Below, piece by piece: positions 24,782 through 37,601 of a stretch of 64,000 nt of DNA. The first letter of the stretch is position 1, and each line of letters begins with the position of its first letter. Both the position numbers and the translations under genes were made by a program. Origin of the DNA: Pocillopora damicornis (taxonomy: Eukaryota); the NCBI RefSeq assembly GCF_003704095.1, contig NW_020843826.1, positions 1 to 64,000 on the forward strand, in the 5' to 3' direction. The notes beneath the pieces were generated by a model. It saw nothing but the letters and a program-made list of their open reading frames with translations, made no database searches and was not told where the DNA came from.

Positions 24782-27675
24782 TCAAGGTGTTGAAGTAATT
24801 TGCAGCCCAGCCCACAATCGCACAAAATGAGTCACACATAAGACAGACAATAACAAACAGGCACACCAACTGGAACCCTGAAAAGAAGAGAAATACAGGT
24901 ATATAAGAAACCAGGAAGAAGAATTCAAAGTATTTAAAAATATATTGTAACATGGAAGCATGAAACAGTATGATCCCTTCCCTAAACACCCACTCTAGCA
25001 CAGAGACAAATACACACACTGAAAATAACAAAACTTAAAAACAATTAAGATATCTTGAATTTTCAATTTGCACACAGTTACTTTGTCCCTGCAAAAGGCA
25101 GCTTTTTACTTCGTGTAAAAATTTCCTGATATAAATGCATTGTGGAGTGTCCCCTTTAGATTATGATCATGGTTGTCAAAAATTCCACTAACACACCTAT
25201 CCTACCAAATCACCCTTTTAATAATCTAGAGAAACATTTCTCTGCAATCACATGGAATATGAACATGATCAAAGATCCTTGTCACAAGTTTCCCGTCTCT
25301 TAGCGTAATGCAACAACAATGAAACTACCGGCTACAGTTTCTGACAATGGTAACCATGTATCTGCTTAGAAGCTGGATAATCTGAAACATGCAGTATCTG
25401 CAAGGTCAGTCACAAGTATCCAAATGATCAAGCCATAACAATAATCATGAGAAACAAGAACTTCAAAGGGATGTAGTGCAGACCCCCCTGCCATTGGAGT
25501 CCCAACTACAAGTAATAACTTTATAAGGATAATAACTGACCAAGGAATCTAAGAGATTACATTTGACCTGGTTCAAGTCTTAAACCTACCTCAATTTTTT
25601 GTAGTAACCTATATGAATTTGAACAATAACAATACTTTGGGGTGAAATTTTTCCAATCCATTGAGCTAAAATGTTCTGCACTGCATCTGCAAGTCGGACA
25701 AGGTGAAAATGATTAGTTCAGATTGCAGCTACCTGGTTTTAACGAAAATAGTATCAATAAATGTATAACCTTCAGTTAAAATAACCTATAGTTCAAATCT
25801 TGGTAGTGAAAGAGCTAATAATAGTATAGCATGCAAGAATGTTCACTAACCTGTTTATGACAAAGGACTTGCAAAATTCTCGAAATCCAGAAGAAATAAT
25901 CCAAGAGGATAGAAATGCGAGAAAAGCAGATACAGATATGAGACCAAGAACTCTTGAACAATTGCTCTGTGACCTGAGGAAAGAGGACTCTGATTTGTTT
26001 ACAACTTTTCTTTTGGTTAAACACACATATCCTATGTAATCATTTGTAAGTTACAATAAGTATGTAATTCAGGAAGAGGGGGAAAATATAGCTAAATTGC
26101 ATTTGGGGTACTCTCAAGATGTAGGGGAGGAGGAGGAGAGAGGGGCTTAAAATCTGGCAAAATTAAGGTTTTAATCAACTCAATCCCCAGTTCAAATGGT
26201 CATGATAGTTTATGATACTTTCAACTATCACTTGTGTTTGAACACAAACTCTCATGCACTATCATCCATGATCATCAATTATCATGTAGTTAGGATATGT
26301 ACAAATTCAACATGATACTTGATGGTAGTGAATGAAAGATGAAACTTGTGACAATTATTATCAATTATCATGACTGTTTGAATGGGGCTTAACTCAAACT
26401 TCCTGCTAACATGAAGCAATTTGTTTTCCTTCAGGCCATTCTCTATATATTTTTACCCTCAACAACTCAAACCACTTTGAAGCATGTCAATCAATACTGA
26501 CAGTAAACACTGCTTTTGCCTTATTTTTAGTCGTTTTTGTTTTCAACTTCTGATAACTCGAACATTTATCAATTTCCCTTGAAGGTTTGAGTTATTGAGA
26601 TTTCACTGTATGTATATGTTTTGTCTCCCCAATCAGTGACCCCCCCCCCCCCCCCAGCAAATGGTTCCATATCCCCCATAACTGGTGCAATTAACCACAA
26701 AAATGTGTGTCAAGCTAATGAATAAGTTGCCTGTAATGTTTGTTTTTGCAAAGACTTTTGGGATCGCCACAGGGCAAACATTGCAAGTTGCTAAAGTGTA
26801 ATACATGGTGAGAGCATTAAAACAGTTTCACAATAATCCTTTTGCAAGGAGAAAAGTTTATTTGTATAATTTTAGCCTGCAGTGCAGGCATCTCATTAAG
26901 GGGAGTCAACATTGAGACACTTGTAATCATTTCTTCAAAAGGCCATGTTTGATTTGGAGTTAGAGTTGCCCATGGGGGAAAGGGGTGGGGAAAGGCAAAG
27001 AGAATATTCACACCCCCACTCCCACCCCTATCCTTGTTTTTAACTGTCCCTCACCCACTTTGTACAGATTTCTTTCTCTCCCCAGCCTTTCACTGCAATC
27101 AAAATCAAAGATGCCGGTCATAATTTTTGCTGCAGGCTAGTACAACATATATTACATTTTGTGGTTGTTCAAACAAAAACTTGATCTTCCCTCATCTCAA
27201 AATTATGTTAATTCTGATAAAAAGGCAGCAAATAGGCACTTACCTCTCTTAAAATTTATTATTTTGGACGTAGAAACTACCTTTTGCCAAATATTTCCTT
27301 CGTTTGCCCCATAGCGATCCCAGAAATCTTTGCGCAAGCACAGGGATCCGAATCATTGCCGAAAGGTTAATTTGAACAACATACTCACCTATATCTTCCC
27401 CCTCTAACGAAGCTGAGCACAACCAATGAGCATAACCCTGCTGCTAAGTGCAAACAGGCCGGCAAATAGCACCACCCTGGGGAAGAACCTTGTAGAATTC
27501 GAGCTCGTTCGTACAACTTCGCGAATAACATGCATTGTCCAGCGCACAACTTAGTAACTTCATTCAGCCGCAGACAAGAAAATATACCCAAAAGCATCGA
27601 CAAGATCAAGAGAATAGCTTCACTAATATGAAACTGATACTTGAGACTGGAAAATCCTGTGAAGTTTAACACCAT
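24782..27675 (-). CDS. TMEM179-like protein B; exons 27675-27389, 25973-25851, 25686-25590, 24877-24782
   Basis: CAGQCMLFAKL, WCYLP, SGFREFC, C...MDWKNFTP and a final TM WCACLLLSVLCV; same four-exon, 2-2-0 phase structure as gene A. Confidence 0.82.
26184..26390. mobile_element. Small TIR MITE in intron 1 of TMEM179-like B
   Basis: ccccagttcaaatggtcatgata ... tatcatgactgtttgaatgggg inverted ends. Confidence 0.55.
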
Positions 27676-28781
27676 ATTTCCGTGAAAATACCGACGTAAC
27701 TTTCTGGTGATCTCACCGGCACGCCATATCGACTCATGATTGGGACGAAAGAGAGAGACTGGATTCTAATGGCTCCGTACTTAACCGCACCAGGCGTGTT
27801 TTGCAGAGTCTCTACTTCTTTCACTGACATGTTTCAATTTCATTTTAAATGTTTCAACGAAACCTCTGTTCCGTATAATATGAATATAATTGACTATGAT
27901 CAAATAACCTTAAACGAAAACTTGCAAAACTAGTCTCATTCAATAGTTCTCGCAAACTTACTGCTATCAAACTTGGACTTGACCAAACTTTTATATAGTG
28001 TATTTCTTTATTAACCTTTGTTAAATGCTATGGGTGAAATTCACCATATTTCGCTTAAAGATGAGCAAAAAATAACAGTTTAAGAGTAACAATGTAACAG
28101 CAAATTCTCCTAATCCTTAAACTCCCATAAGTGACCAAGACAGAATTTCTCCTTACAAAATCAATACAATATCATGCTGACAAGTGATGAGAATGAAGAA
28201 ATATATCAATTAGGGAATTATAAATTGATCCAATACCAAATTCTCCAAACTAACATCACAAGAACTTTAAGCAGGCAGTGAGGAGAATTACTAATGAGAC
28301 CTTGGGAGTTAAATCAGCCTAGACTAGCTAGCTAGTAACCATGACTTTCTCTCTTCTTTCTTTAAGAAAATATACAACATTTTTTAAAAACATGTTTAGA
28401 CACAATCAAAATTAGATCAAAATTGATTTTTAAAAGAAGTAGTATATTTTCTTAAATTTGATACATTTCTGCTGCTACCTAGACCTTTTGAAGAAATAAG
28501 TTATGTTATATATTTAAAGATTTCTTTTAAATCTACTATCACATTTTTTTTATTTTTGAAGAACCTTCAAAAATAAAATAAAAAAACAATAAACAATGAA
28601 ACAATGAAACTGTTCAGGGGTGCATTGGACTATAATCTACCTTCTATTAACCTAATATAGGAAATAAGACATGTTGCTATGGTGCCTACAATTTTTACCA
28701 TTTATCAAAGGAGATACATGTACAACATTCTGAAGTTTTAGCTTGAGTTTTTCATTTTGAGATATACTCCTTTGTAAAAGA

Positions 28782-31700
28782 CTATTCATCATAAAAATTT
28801 AAGTTTTTAGTTGTGTGGAGTCCTGCAAACAATTTTCGAGCACGAGTCACACAAAGAACACATAGGAGTAGACAGGCAGACCAGCCAGATGCCTAATAAA
28901 AAAAAACACAAACACAATCAAAATTAGATCAAAATTGATGAAGCTTGTAATTCAAGCCATTTGAACTGGATATTTATTTTTCTATACCTCTAATTTATTT
29001 TATTTTCCCCCTCTAATTTTTACACCAAAAGACATTGGAAAATAAAGATAAATTGATTCTTAGGGTTCCAATCAGATAAACTATGAATTGACACTTAACA
29101 ATGGTCACCCTCATGTGAAAAAGCCCCGGAACTGTACAACTACATTGTATTGTCTCTGGTAAATATGTCTTATGCTATACCCGTGAATATGTTTCACATC
29201 TCAATAGAAACGGTCATAGGGAAAGTCTGTACTCAAGCCAACTGGCTCATCCAGTAAGAGTTTATCTCAGTCCCAAAACAAGAAGCAATTGGGAGTACAG
29301 GTGCACACGATACACAGGTAAGTACAGTGTTACATGTACTTCTTCCTCTTCAATAGGATACCAGTTCATCATAAGGTACCCACCAGCATTTTATTAGGAA
29401 CCCATCTATATGGCGAGATGGAGAGACACATTGCGAGAAAGAAATCTATGACCTGGCCAGGTCTCAAACCCAGATCTTTCAACCTGGAGTCCAGCACACT
29501 GACCACTAGGCCGTCGAATCAAAATTAACTATGGGAGTTCTATGATTATCATAGAATTCCCTGATATCTAACCAATTAGGAGACTTCTCTAAGAAGGCAG
29601 GACCAAAATGTAATGCTTACCTCTGCTAATTGTAAGATGAAATATAAATTGCCACCATCAGTGTACTTGGGGGTGAAATTTTTCCAATCCATTGCCTTTA
29701 TATGTGCATGAATGCATCTACAAAGATGACACAGAAACAGTTATTTTAAATAAATAATCTAGAAATTAAACCCATGTTATATGATTACAAGAATTATGAA
29801 TGGTCAATAAGAGTAATTTGCATGGAAATCAGTATGTATTTCTCAATGCCTAAAACTTGCATTCTTCCCTCAAATAAGAGAGAGCAATAAATGTTCATCC
29901 ACACCATGGTGTTGATATTTTTCTCACCCATCCTAACTTAGCCCTTATACCCCTGAGAGTGACTAACATCTAATTTCTCCATACAATATCACCCATGAAA
30001 CACCCATTAAGGAAATAGTCACCAGGTAAAGAAGCTTTGATTGTTAAACTAATTCTCCTTGTCAGCACCTCAGGAAATGTACAGAGAACAGTACAGAGAA
30101 TATGCATACTGATGTTACAGGCTGATTAGGGTTAAGAACCTTGCATGTAAACAATGTGTGTTTTTACCATATTCTGCTTTTCCTTCACACTAGGTTTCAA
30201 GAGATGCTGAAAAAATTAGCAAGAGGGTCCCCTGTACTTTTTACACAGAGTGTGATTGGGTGTTTTTTTTTTTTCTCTTGATTCATCTGTTGATTTTTTT
30301 CCTTATAATGATTAATCAAAGATAACAGATCTTTTCATGTCCACATGAACTGATTTTTCTATTTAAACAAGACTCTTGAATGAAGAACTAAATTAAACGC
30401 GATTTGTGAACCATTTTGCTTTGCATGATGAATGAACAGCTTTTAAATGGTTCTGCAAAATGTATCGTTCTCTTGCGGTTAAGTTGGACAGGACATGAAC
30501 TTCATTTGGATCGACAAAAGTCATAAACCAGACAGCTAATGGTCCTTGAACAAATAAGATAAGACCTTGTGTCATCATTTGTCACTTTAGACTGATCAAG
30601 ACCAGAAAAAGTACAAAATTAATTCATGAATTTAGTTTTTTATTTTTATGTAAAATGTTACAAAATTTTGTGTGAATGCGATATAATTTTTGATATTAAT
30701 CATGATGTGTGAAAAGGCTAAATATTTTTATGTGACTGTGTTTCACAAAGGAATATAACGGGCCCTCTAGCTATAATACAGCCTTTGACTATGAGAGAGA
30801 TCTTTGCAGTAATGAACACTGCTTAAGCCTTTAACTTCCAGATCAAATTTGTAGTTCTCCTTACTGTCAACCATACAATTCTTATTAATGTTAGTTCAGA
30901 GAATTTAGTATTGGATCAACCAATTATCCCCAAATTGATATTTTTCTTTAATCTCATCACTTATCTGGTCAATATTGTATTGATTTTGTTAGGAGAAATT
31001 CTGTCTTGGTCACTCATGAATGCTAAAGGGTTGAGCAGTTAGTGAAAATAAGGCCTCAATGTGGCCTTTTTTCTAAATTACTGTTAACTTTTTCACACTA
31101 GAAACAAGGAATTCTTAATTAAATGTAACAATGCATCATGAGATAACTCTACCCACAATGAAGCAATTTTTGAAGACCTACAGTTGTTTCTACCAGTAAA
31201 GGCCATTTCAGTGTGGATCAGTGACAAAATTAATAACAGAAAGTATTTACAGTGTTTAGTGAAGTGAGGAATCCTCCTGAATGTAATAATACTAGTGACT
31301 TTTACCATGACCTTATTGATGTTCCTTGTGACTATTATCAAGAAGTTGCTTAATTATGTCATAATAGTGTAATAAAGTGTAATAAAGGTTTCATTTCTTC
31401 ATTTATTTTTATTAATTTTATTTTCTAACACTCTCCTTGACTTTCTAGATTTTTTATAACTAGCATGAACCCCCTCTTCACTATGTTTGACCCAAAAAAA
31501 AGTGTTCACTTACTTATTAATGACGAATGACTTGCAAAATTCACGAAATCCAGAAGAAATAATCCAAGATGATAGCAAAACAAGAAATGCAGAAAGTGAC
31601 CCTAGACCAAGAACTCTCAAATCTCTGCTGCGTGACCTGAAAAGAAAACAGCCCTGTTAACCCTTTAAATTTGTAATTCTGCTACTGTCAATCACACAAT

Positions 31701-32919
31701 TCTTATAATGTTTGTTCAGAGAATTCTGTATAGGATCAACTAATTACTCACAAATTGACATTTTTCTTTTTTCTCATGACTTATCTGGTTTATAATGCTT
31801 TGATGTTGTATGGAGAAATTCTGTCTTGGTCACTCATGGGAGTTAAAGGGTAAATGCTATATTAATTTGGACAAGATCTGAAAGGAAGAAAAATACCCAA
31901 AACATACCACTGCACATTTACTTAAAACTCAGATTTGGTTCAACATGAGACACTAACAGTTTTTACAAAGCAATCGCTGTATTTCAGAGCCAAAAAAGTT
32001 TATTAAAATACGATAGAAGAATCTACAGCAAATATGGGTAATCGCATGGTTAGAGTGCAATTTCATATAATATATCAAATACTTGATACTGTTAAGACCA
32101 GTACCAAGACCAAGATACTCAAAGACCAAGAAGAGTGCACAAACCCGTAGGGCTCATGCAATCAGTGATTTTTGTTTGTTTGTTTGTTTGTTTTGAGTTA
32201 TCACCTCTAAGCACATCTCTCATTATTATGTTAAATCTATAATTGTACATTCTATGAATATATATTTATATTCTATAAGTATACTCATACACTTGTGTGT
32301 TACATATCAATTATCAAAGGCTGCAGCCTAGGGGCCAAAAGCTGATCTTTTTTAAAAACTTTTCAAACCAGAAAACAATTCAATTATATCACCATGCATC
32401 TAAATATCAGCAACAAAAAAAATTAAACTATCACTGACACCAAACACTAAACTAATACCAACCAAAAAAACTGAATAACAAAAGAGGAAAACCATCTTCA
32501 AATATCTCCATGACGTAGGATAGAATAAAATAATACATTTTTACATGTACTGAAGACAAACAATGAAGATAATAATTGCAAAATAATCAATCATTTCTAT
32601 ATATTAATTAACTAAAAACACCTTTGAAAATTATATATTTGTCAGTTGGTATCACTGCTTAAAAAATATCAGTTCAACGGTAAAATTTATACAATCTACT
32701 TATCCATACCTTCTTCCTTTTATTATTAATTTGAGCACAAAGACTGAGGTTGTGGCAGCAGCTAAGTTGAAAACCATTGGCAAATAGCACCAACTGGGAG
32801 ATGAACCTTGGAGAATTCGAGCTCTCTCGTACAACTTCGCGAACAGAACACACTGTCCCCCGCAACGCTTCTTTGCGGTATACAGGAACGAAGAAGACGT
32901 TGTCTCTAAAATTATCGAA
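28782..32919 (-). CDS. TMEM179-like protein C (tandem paralog of B), start in N-gap; exons (gap)32919-32710, 31636-31514, 29717-29621, 28892-28782
   Basis: CGGQCVLFAKLYERARILQGSSPSWCYLP, SSWIISSGFREFCKSFVIN, MDWKNFTPKY. Exons 2 and 3 have the same lengths as in B (123 and 97 nt). The correct frame is absent from the ORF track. Confidence 0.85.
29225..29512 (-). mobile_element. Degenerate tRNA-derived SINE
   Basis: Minus strand begins ggcctagtggtcagtgtgctggactcc...gggtttgagacctggcc (A- and B-box-like head), followed by a core tgctggtgggtacc...atgaactggtatcc and a tail gagccagttggcttgagtacagac. Confidence 0.6.
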
Positions 32920-33132
32920 NNNNNNNNNNNNNNNNNNNNNNNNNNNNNNNNNNNNNNNNNNNNNNNNNNNNNNNNNNNNNNNNNNNNNNNNNNNNNNNNN
33001 NNNNNNNNNNNNNNNNNNNAGGAACAAAGTTCAATTTCACAGCATGACAGTCACGCAGTCCATTTCCTAACACCCTTTCAAGAAATTTCTTGTTCTCTGT
33101 GTAATCTGAGATTTTTCCTTTATACTCTTCAG

Positions 33133-34654
33133 GACAAAGAAAATGCAAGCAACACAAGAAAAACAAGGTCCATGTTTCAACAAAAAGATGCTGACCCATA
33201 CGATGCAGATTCAGAACCTGAACAGGGGATCTTATCATCCATGATTGTGGATCAAAACATTCCTTTGGAGCAACAGCTCATGCAATCCTGTTCACACTTA
33301 TTTCACCCAGAACACTCCACACCAAGCATACAACCAGAAAGAAGTGTGTACAGTTCATGTTATGGGTTTGATGACTTGGCCTCTCCTCTTACCTTTTCTC
33401 CTGTTGGAGAACCAAAAGTGCCACCTCAGTGTGTTGCTAGGTCTCCTGGGTCTGTTTCTGTGTCATCATCAGTTACATCTATTTCTCCAAGAAAGAGGAA
33501 AGCTGACCTCAGAGTGTTTGATGTACCAATTGAAAAACCCACCAAGAAGATAAAGAAAAAGAAAACAACTAAAATTTTGGTAAGATATGTTATTTTTAGA
33601 TAGAATTATAAGAGAGATGGAAAGTTTGGTTTTTACTAGTCAACATGTTTACTGCACAGGTGTTAAAGTACTGCATAGTGATTTTTGCATTGTGGTATTA
33701 AAAAAATTCCTTAATTAAAATGCCAAAAGTTAATTTGAGCCCAATTGCAATAAAAAGCATGATACTGCCTCTACTTCTATTTTCAAAAATCAAGCCATTT
33801 AGATCTAGATGCAATGCATAAGCAGTGTTCTTCCATATTTTAAGCATGACAGGTGAAAGAAATTTCCAAGAGGGTAGAGCAATCCTTTTACTTGGCAATT
33901 CTTTTACTCCAGGCAATTCTAGGCATTAATAAGAGGTACTACATCCAGTCAACTTGAGTGTTGCCATCTGAGAAAGAGAACACTGCATAAAGTGGCTGAA
34001 ACAAGGTTTCAATAATTGAAAGTAAGAGGATTAAGAAAGAAGAAAAGTACTTGAAGTGAATTTATTTACTGTCTAGTCTAACAGACATGAATTCATGCTT
34101 CTGTATCCCAGATACAGGGATTATATGGGTCCTGGAGAACCTGGAAAGTCCTGGAATTTTATTTTGACACTTTTCTGGACTGGAAGGTTCTGGAAAAAAA
34201 ACCTTCAGGTCCTGGAAATCTGCCTAAATCAAGCAATAAAGTTTTCAGAATTTACATGTTAAGATATGTATAGAGACTGTAAGAAGAATTGATTTTGAAA
34301 TCTTCAGTGAGAATAAAAGTAATTAAGATGAATTTGGAGTCTTGGAAAATTCAATTTGAGTCCTGGAAAAGTTAATCTGAGCCCTGGAAAAGTCCTTGAA
34401 ATTTGTTTCTGGAAAAAGGGTACAAACCCAGCAGGTATGGTACAAAATGAAAAGAGATATAATTGCAATACTTAACCTTGTGGTACTCTTTCCAGGTTAC
34501 CTGGTTTTCTTCTCCACTATTCATTGCAGTTGTTTAAAGTAACAGATGGTGTTTGTTTTTCTTCCTTTCATAGGATTTAGAGGATGACAACTGGGTATCT
34601 GAAATGAAATCTCAGTTTGAGGAAATAGAAATGGTGGAGCTTGTTGTTGACTAG
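33133..34654 (+). CDS. CDCA5: Sororin-like cohesin regulator, 5' part in gap; exons 33133-33579 and 34574-34654
   Basis: KEN box (DKENA), STP followed by SCYGFDDL (FGF-like motif), many SP sites, a basic stretch, and the C-terminal Sororin motif DNWVSEMKSQFEEIEMVELVVD-stop. Confidence 0.85.
34114..34432. mobile_element. MITE with internal cctggaaa repeats in the Sororin intron
   Basis: Repeated gtcctggaaa units; degenerate inverted ends caggg.../...gtacaaacccag. Confidence 0.5.
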
Positions 34655-35855
34655 ATTGCCACAGTTATGAAGAAATTTGAAAACATGGAATGTATCATAA
34701 ATATTTAGTGTATCCTACAATAGAGAAGGTAGTGGTGAAAGTAAAAAAGGACACTGATCTCAAACTCGTGTTCAGTTGCTATGGTCATATGTAGTTACTG
34801 TTTCTCACTAAGATTGTACCACTCAGTCTGTTATTGTATTTATTGATCCTGCAATACACAACCTGTAAAGTTACTGTTGCTGTTCATTTTTTTTTTTTTT
34901 TTTCAGGTAATTAATATTTTTTTGGCAAAGACCAAGGCTGTCTCTGCTCAGAACCCATCTCTTATTGATTAATGAAAACTCTGGAATTGCATTGTGCTAT
35001 GGCTGGTCTTTAAAAACAATAACTTATATATTTTTGCAACTATGAACTGAATTTCATGACACTAGATAGAGAACAAAAGCATGATCATCAAAAGAAGGAC
35101 TGTACCAAAAAAATTGTTTAAAATTTCTTTGTCAAACAGCCAAAAGACAGCAAGCCAAAATACAACTATTGTGTGCTATTCTCTGTTTTTCTCCTGTGTT
35201 TAATATTTCAGCTGTGCCTGGAGGTTGTTGTTAGAAAATGGCAGCATGTTAAAGTTTCTTAACCCTTTAAACCCCTAGAGTGACCAGCATCTAATTTCTC
35301 CCTACAGTAATACTGCTAAGTCATTCATTGAGATAATAAGAATTAAGGAAATGATCACCACCAACGTAGGAAGCTTTTATTGCCAAATGAATTCTCATCA
35401 GTACCATGGGGAATGTGTAGAGAAGATTATGGAGAATATTGAGACTGATGTTAGGATGTAAAGGGTTAAACAATATTTATTCTATGACAAATAAGATCAT
35501 ACATCATGTAAGTTAATAGGATGAAAGAAGAGTTGCATTGTACCCACCTCTCCTTTCCATCCCCCCCCCCTCCCTTCCCTTCACTCCTCAAAAGACTTTT
35601 GGGGAGGTACCTCTGTCAGAAATAAGAATGTAATTAGCATGACAAAAATGTACAGGTTCACTACCTTTCCACAAAAAACGGCCCCAAGATAGATGTTCCA
35701 ATATCGATTATGGACATTATAAACACTGCCCCATTTACAATAGGGGCGACATTCTAGGATAATTGTGTAAGGTGTACACTGAGCAAAACGCACAATTTGA
35801 ACCCCCACCCTCCTTGGCTCCTTTTCAGCGGTATGGTCGCCAAGTAAGAGGTAAG

Positions 35856-36134
35856 TACGGTTACCCCTACAGCTGTCACGGCAAAAAGAAAAAGACTCAG
35901 ACAAAAGAAAAAACCTTACGGCAAAAGAAAAAACCTCACGGCAAAAGAAAAAGACTCACGGCAAAAGAAAAAACTTCACGGCAAAAGAAAAAGACTCAGA
36001 CAAAAGAAAAAACCTCACGGCAAAAGGAAAAACCTCACGGCAAAAAGAATAAGTTAAAGAAATAACCTCGCGACAAAAGTTATTTCTTTTGCTGCGAGGT
36101 TATTTCTTTTGCCGCGACAGTTGTGGGCCACTGT
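35856..36134. mobile_element. TA-bounded TIR element carrying a ~20-bp internal minisatellite (cacggcaaaagaaaaaacct)n
   Basis: Ends tacggttacccctacagctgtcacggcaaaa / ttttgccgcgacagttgtgggccactgta; about 9 tandem units inside. Confidence 0.75.
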
Positions 36135-36347
36135 AGGTAAGTGATGTACCTTGGAAGTGATGACCACCATACCGCTGGCAAGGAGCCAAAATGATCCTGG
36201 GCTCGAGATTGGTATCTTGTCAAATCTCTTCTCTGCAAAATTCATACGTGACATGTTTTCATGAAGTATTGTTCAAAGGTTGAAATTTAAGGTTTTCGAC
36301 ATGGGCATAATTTTCCTTTTTTTCAACCCTCTCTGCTAAAGTGAACG

Positions 36348-36470
36348 GGTTGATGTCAGTACCTGAGAAACTGCACACCGACCCCTCCCCAAACTTGTTA
36401 TCAGTTTGACTGTCGTTGGGATAAGGGAGGGGTAGGTACGTGGTTGCTCAGACGTTGACACAAATCCAAG
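36348..36470. mobile_element. Short palindromic MITE
   Basis: tgtcagtacctgagaaactgcacaccgacccctccc ... gggaggggtaggtacgtggttgctcagacgttgaca inverted arms. Confidence 0.6.
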
Positions 36471-37446
36471 AAAATTTGTCAAAAATATAATCGCTTGATC
36501 TCCTAATAGTAACAACAAAATGGATAACTGAATGTAAAGTTAGCATTAGCACCGCAGCCGGAAACGAGTCTTGAACTCAGAAGCTGGTACTGCCTAAAAA
36601 AGCGACATTCCAACAGGTAGTTTATTCTAAAAAGCAGAACTGGACACGTGCAGGTTAATACAATTAAATACCCGCAAGCTTTTGTCTACCAAGAGTTCGT
36701 TTACAACGCAAGGACGGATCGAAAAATGTTTTTGTTAAAGATGTTTATGCTATGGACTACAGAACTCACATTTAATTAACGATTGGTGAGTAAAGTTACC
36801 CGTGTGTTCTATAGGAATATTTCTATACATGTTGACTTATTTTCGGTGGTCGTGGTAAAGCAAGAGAAGGCTCGAACCATTTGTAATCTGGCAATGAAAG
36901 CAACTGGGGCTAACTGGAAAATTATTCCATTATATCAGAAAGAATTAGTCGAAGACAAAACAGCTCTAGATTATGTTTATCAAAGGTTGAAGTATTAACA
37001 TTTTTGTTTTTGTTTTTTTGTCTTATTCGCGACGTCATAGCAAGCTAATTCCAGATTTTGCTATCTTAGATATATGGATCTTCCTCTGCTGTAAAGTAAA
37101 TCATTTTCCCTAGAACTATATGCAATTCAAAATGTAGAATTGGATACTAGTTAAGAAACAACCTTTTCGTTAAATAGGGGGGTTCAAGTATGTTCACAAA
37201 ATTTGAAGTCATAACAATTCAAATTACCCGATCAATGAACTAACTGCATGCGTCTGGATTTGTTTACTCTCAACCTGTAGTTAACATTTTAAGACTCTAG
37301 ATTTTCTTTTTTACCTTTTACACTTTACAGCTTCAACACATTTCGTAACGAAAATTTATCAGTTATGTTGCCATAGGGATGTTTATTCTAGGGCCTGTGA
37401 AGATAACAAGACAGGTCCTTGTATATTCTAATTTCTTTTTATTTAT

Positions 37447-37468
37447 CTAACCCTAACCCTAACCCTAA
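37447..37468. repeat. Interstitial telomere-type repeat (CCCTAA), ~3.5 copies
   Basis: ctaaccctaaccctaaccctaa read directly. Confidence 0.85.
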
Positions 37469-37601
37469 GCTTCGAGACCGTTTCGTTAGCACGCGCTGTG
37501 GATGGTAGAAAAAGAAGGGGGAGTGGGTGATTTGGGTGTTTTGGAAAGGATTGAAATATTTAAAGGTTATTGGTTGTTTTGTAATGTAAAAAAACCTGAC
37601 G

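Noticed and set aside
35763-36065. Lys-rich 100-aa ORF
   Set aside because: Translation of a 20-bp minisatellite.
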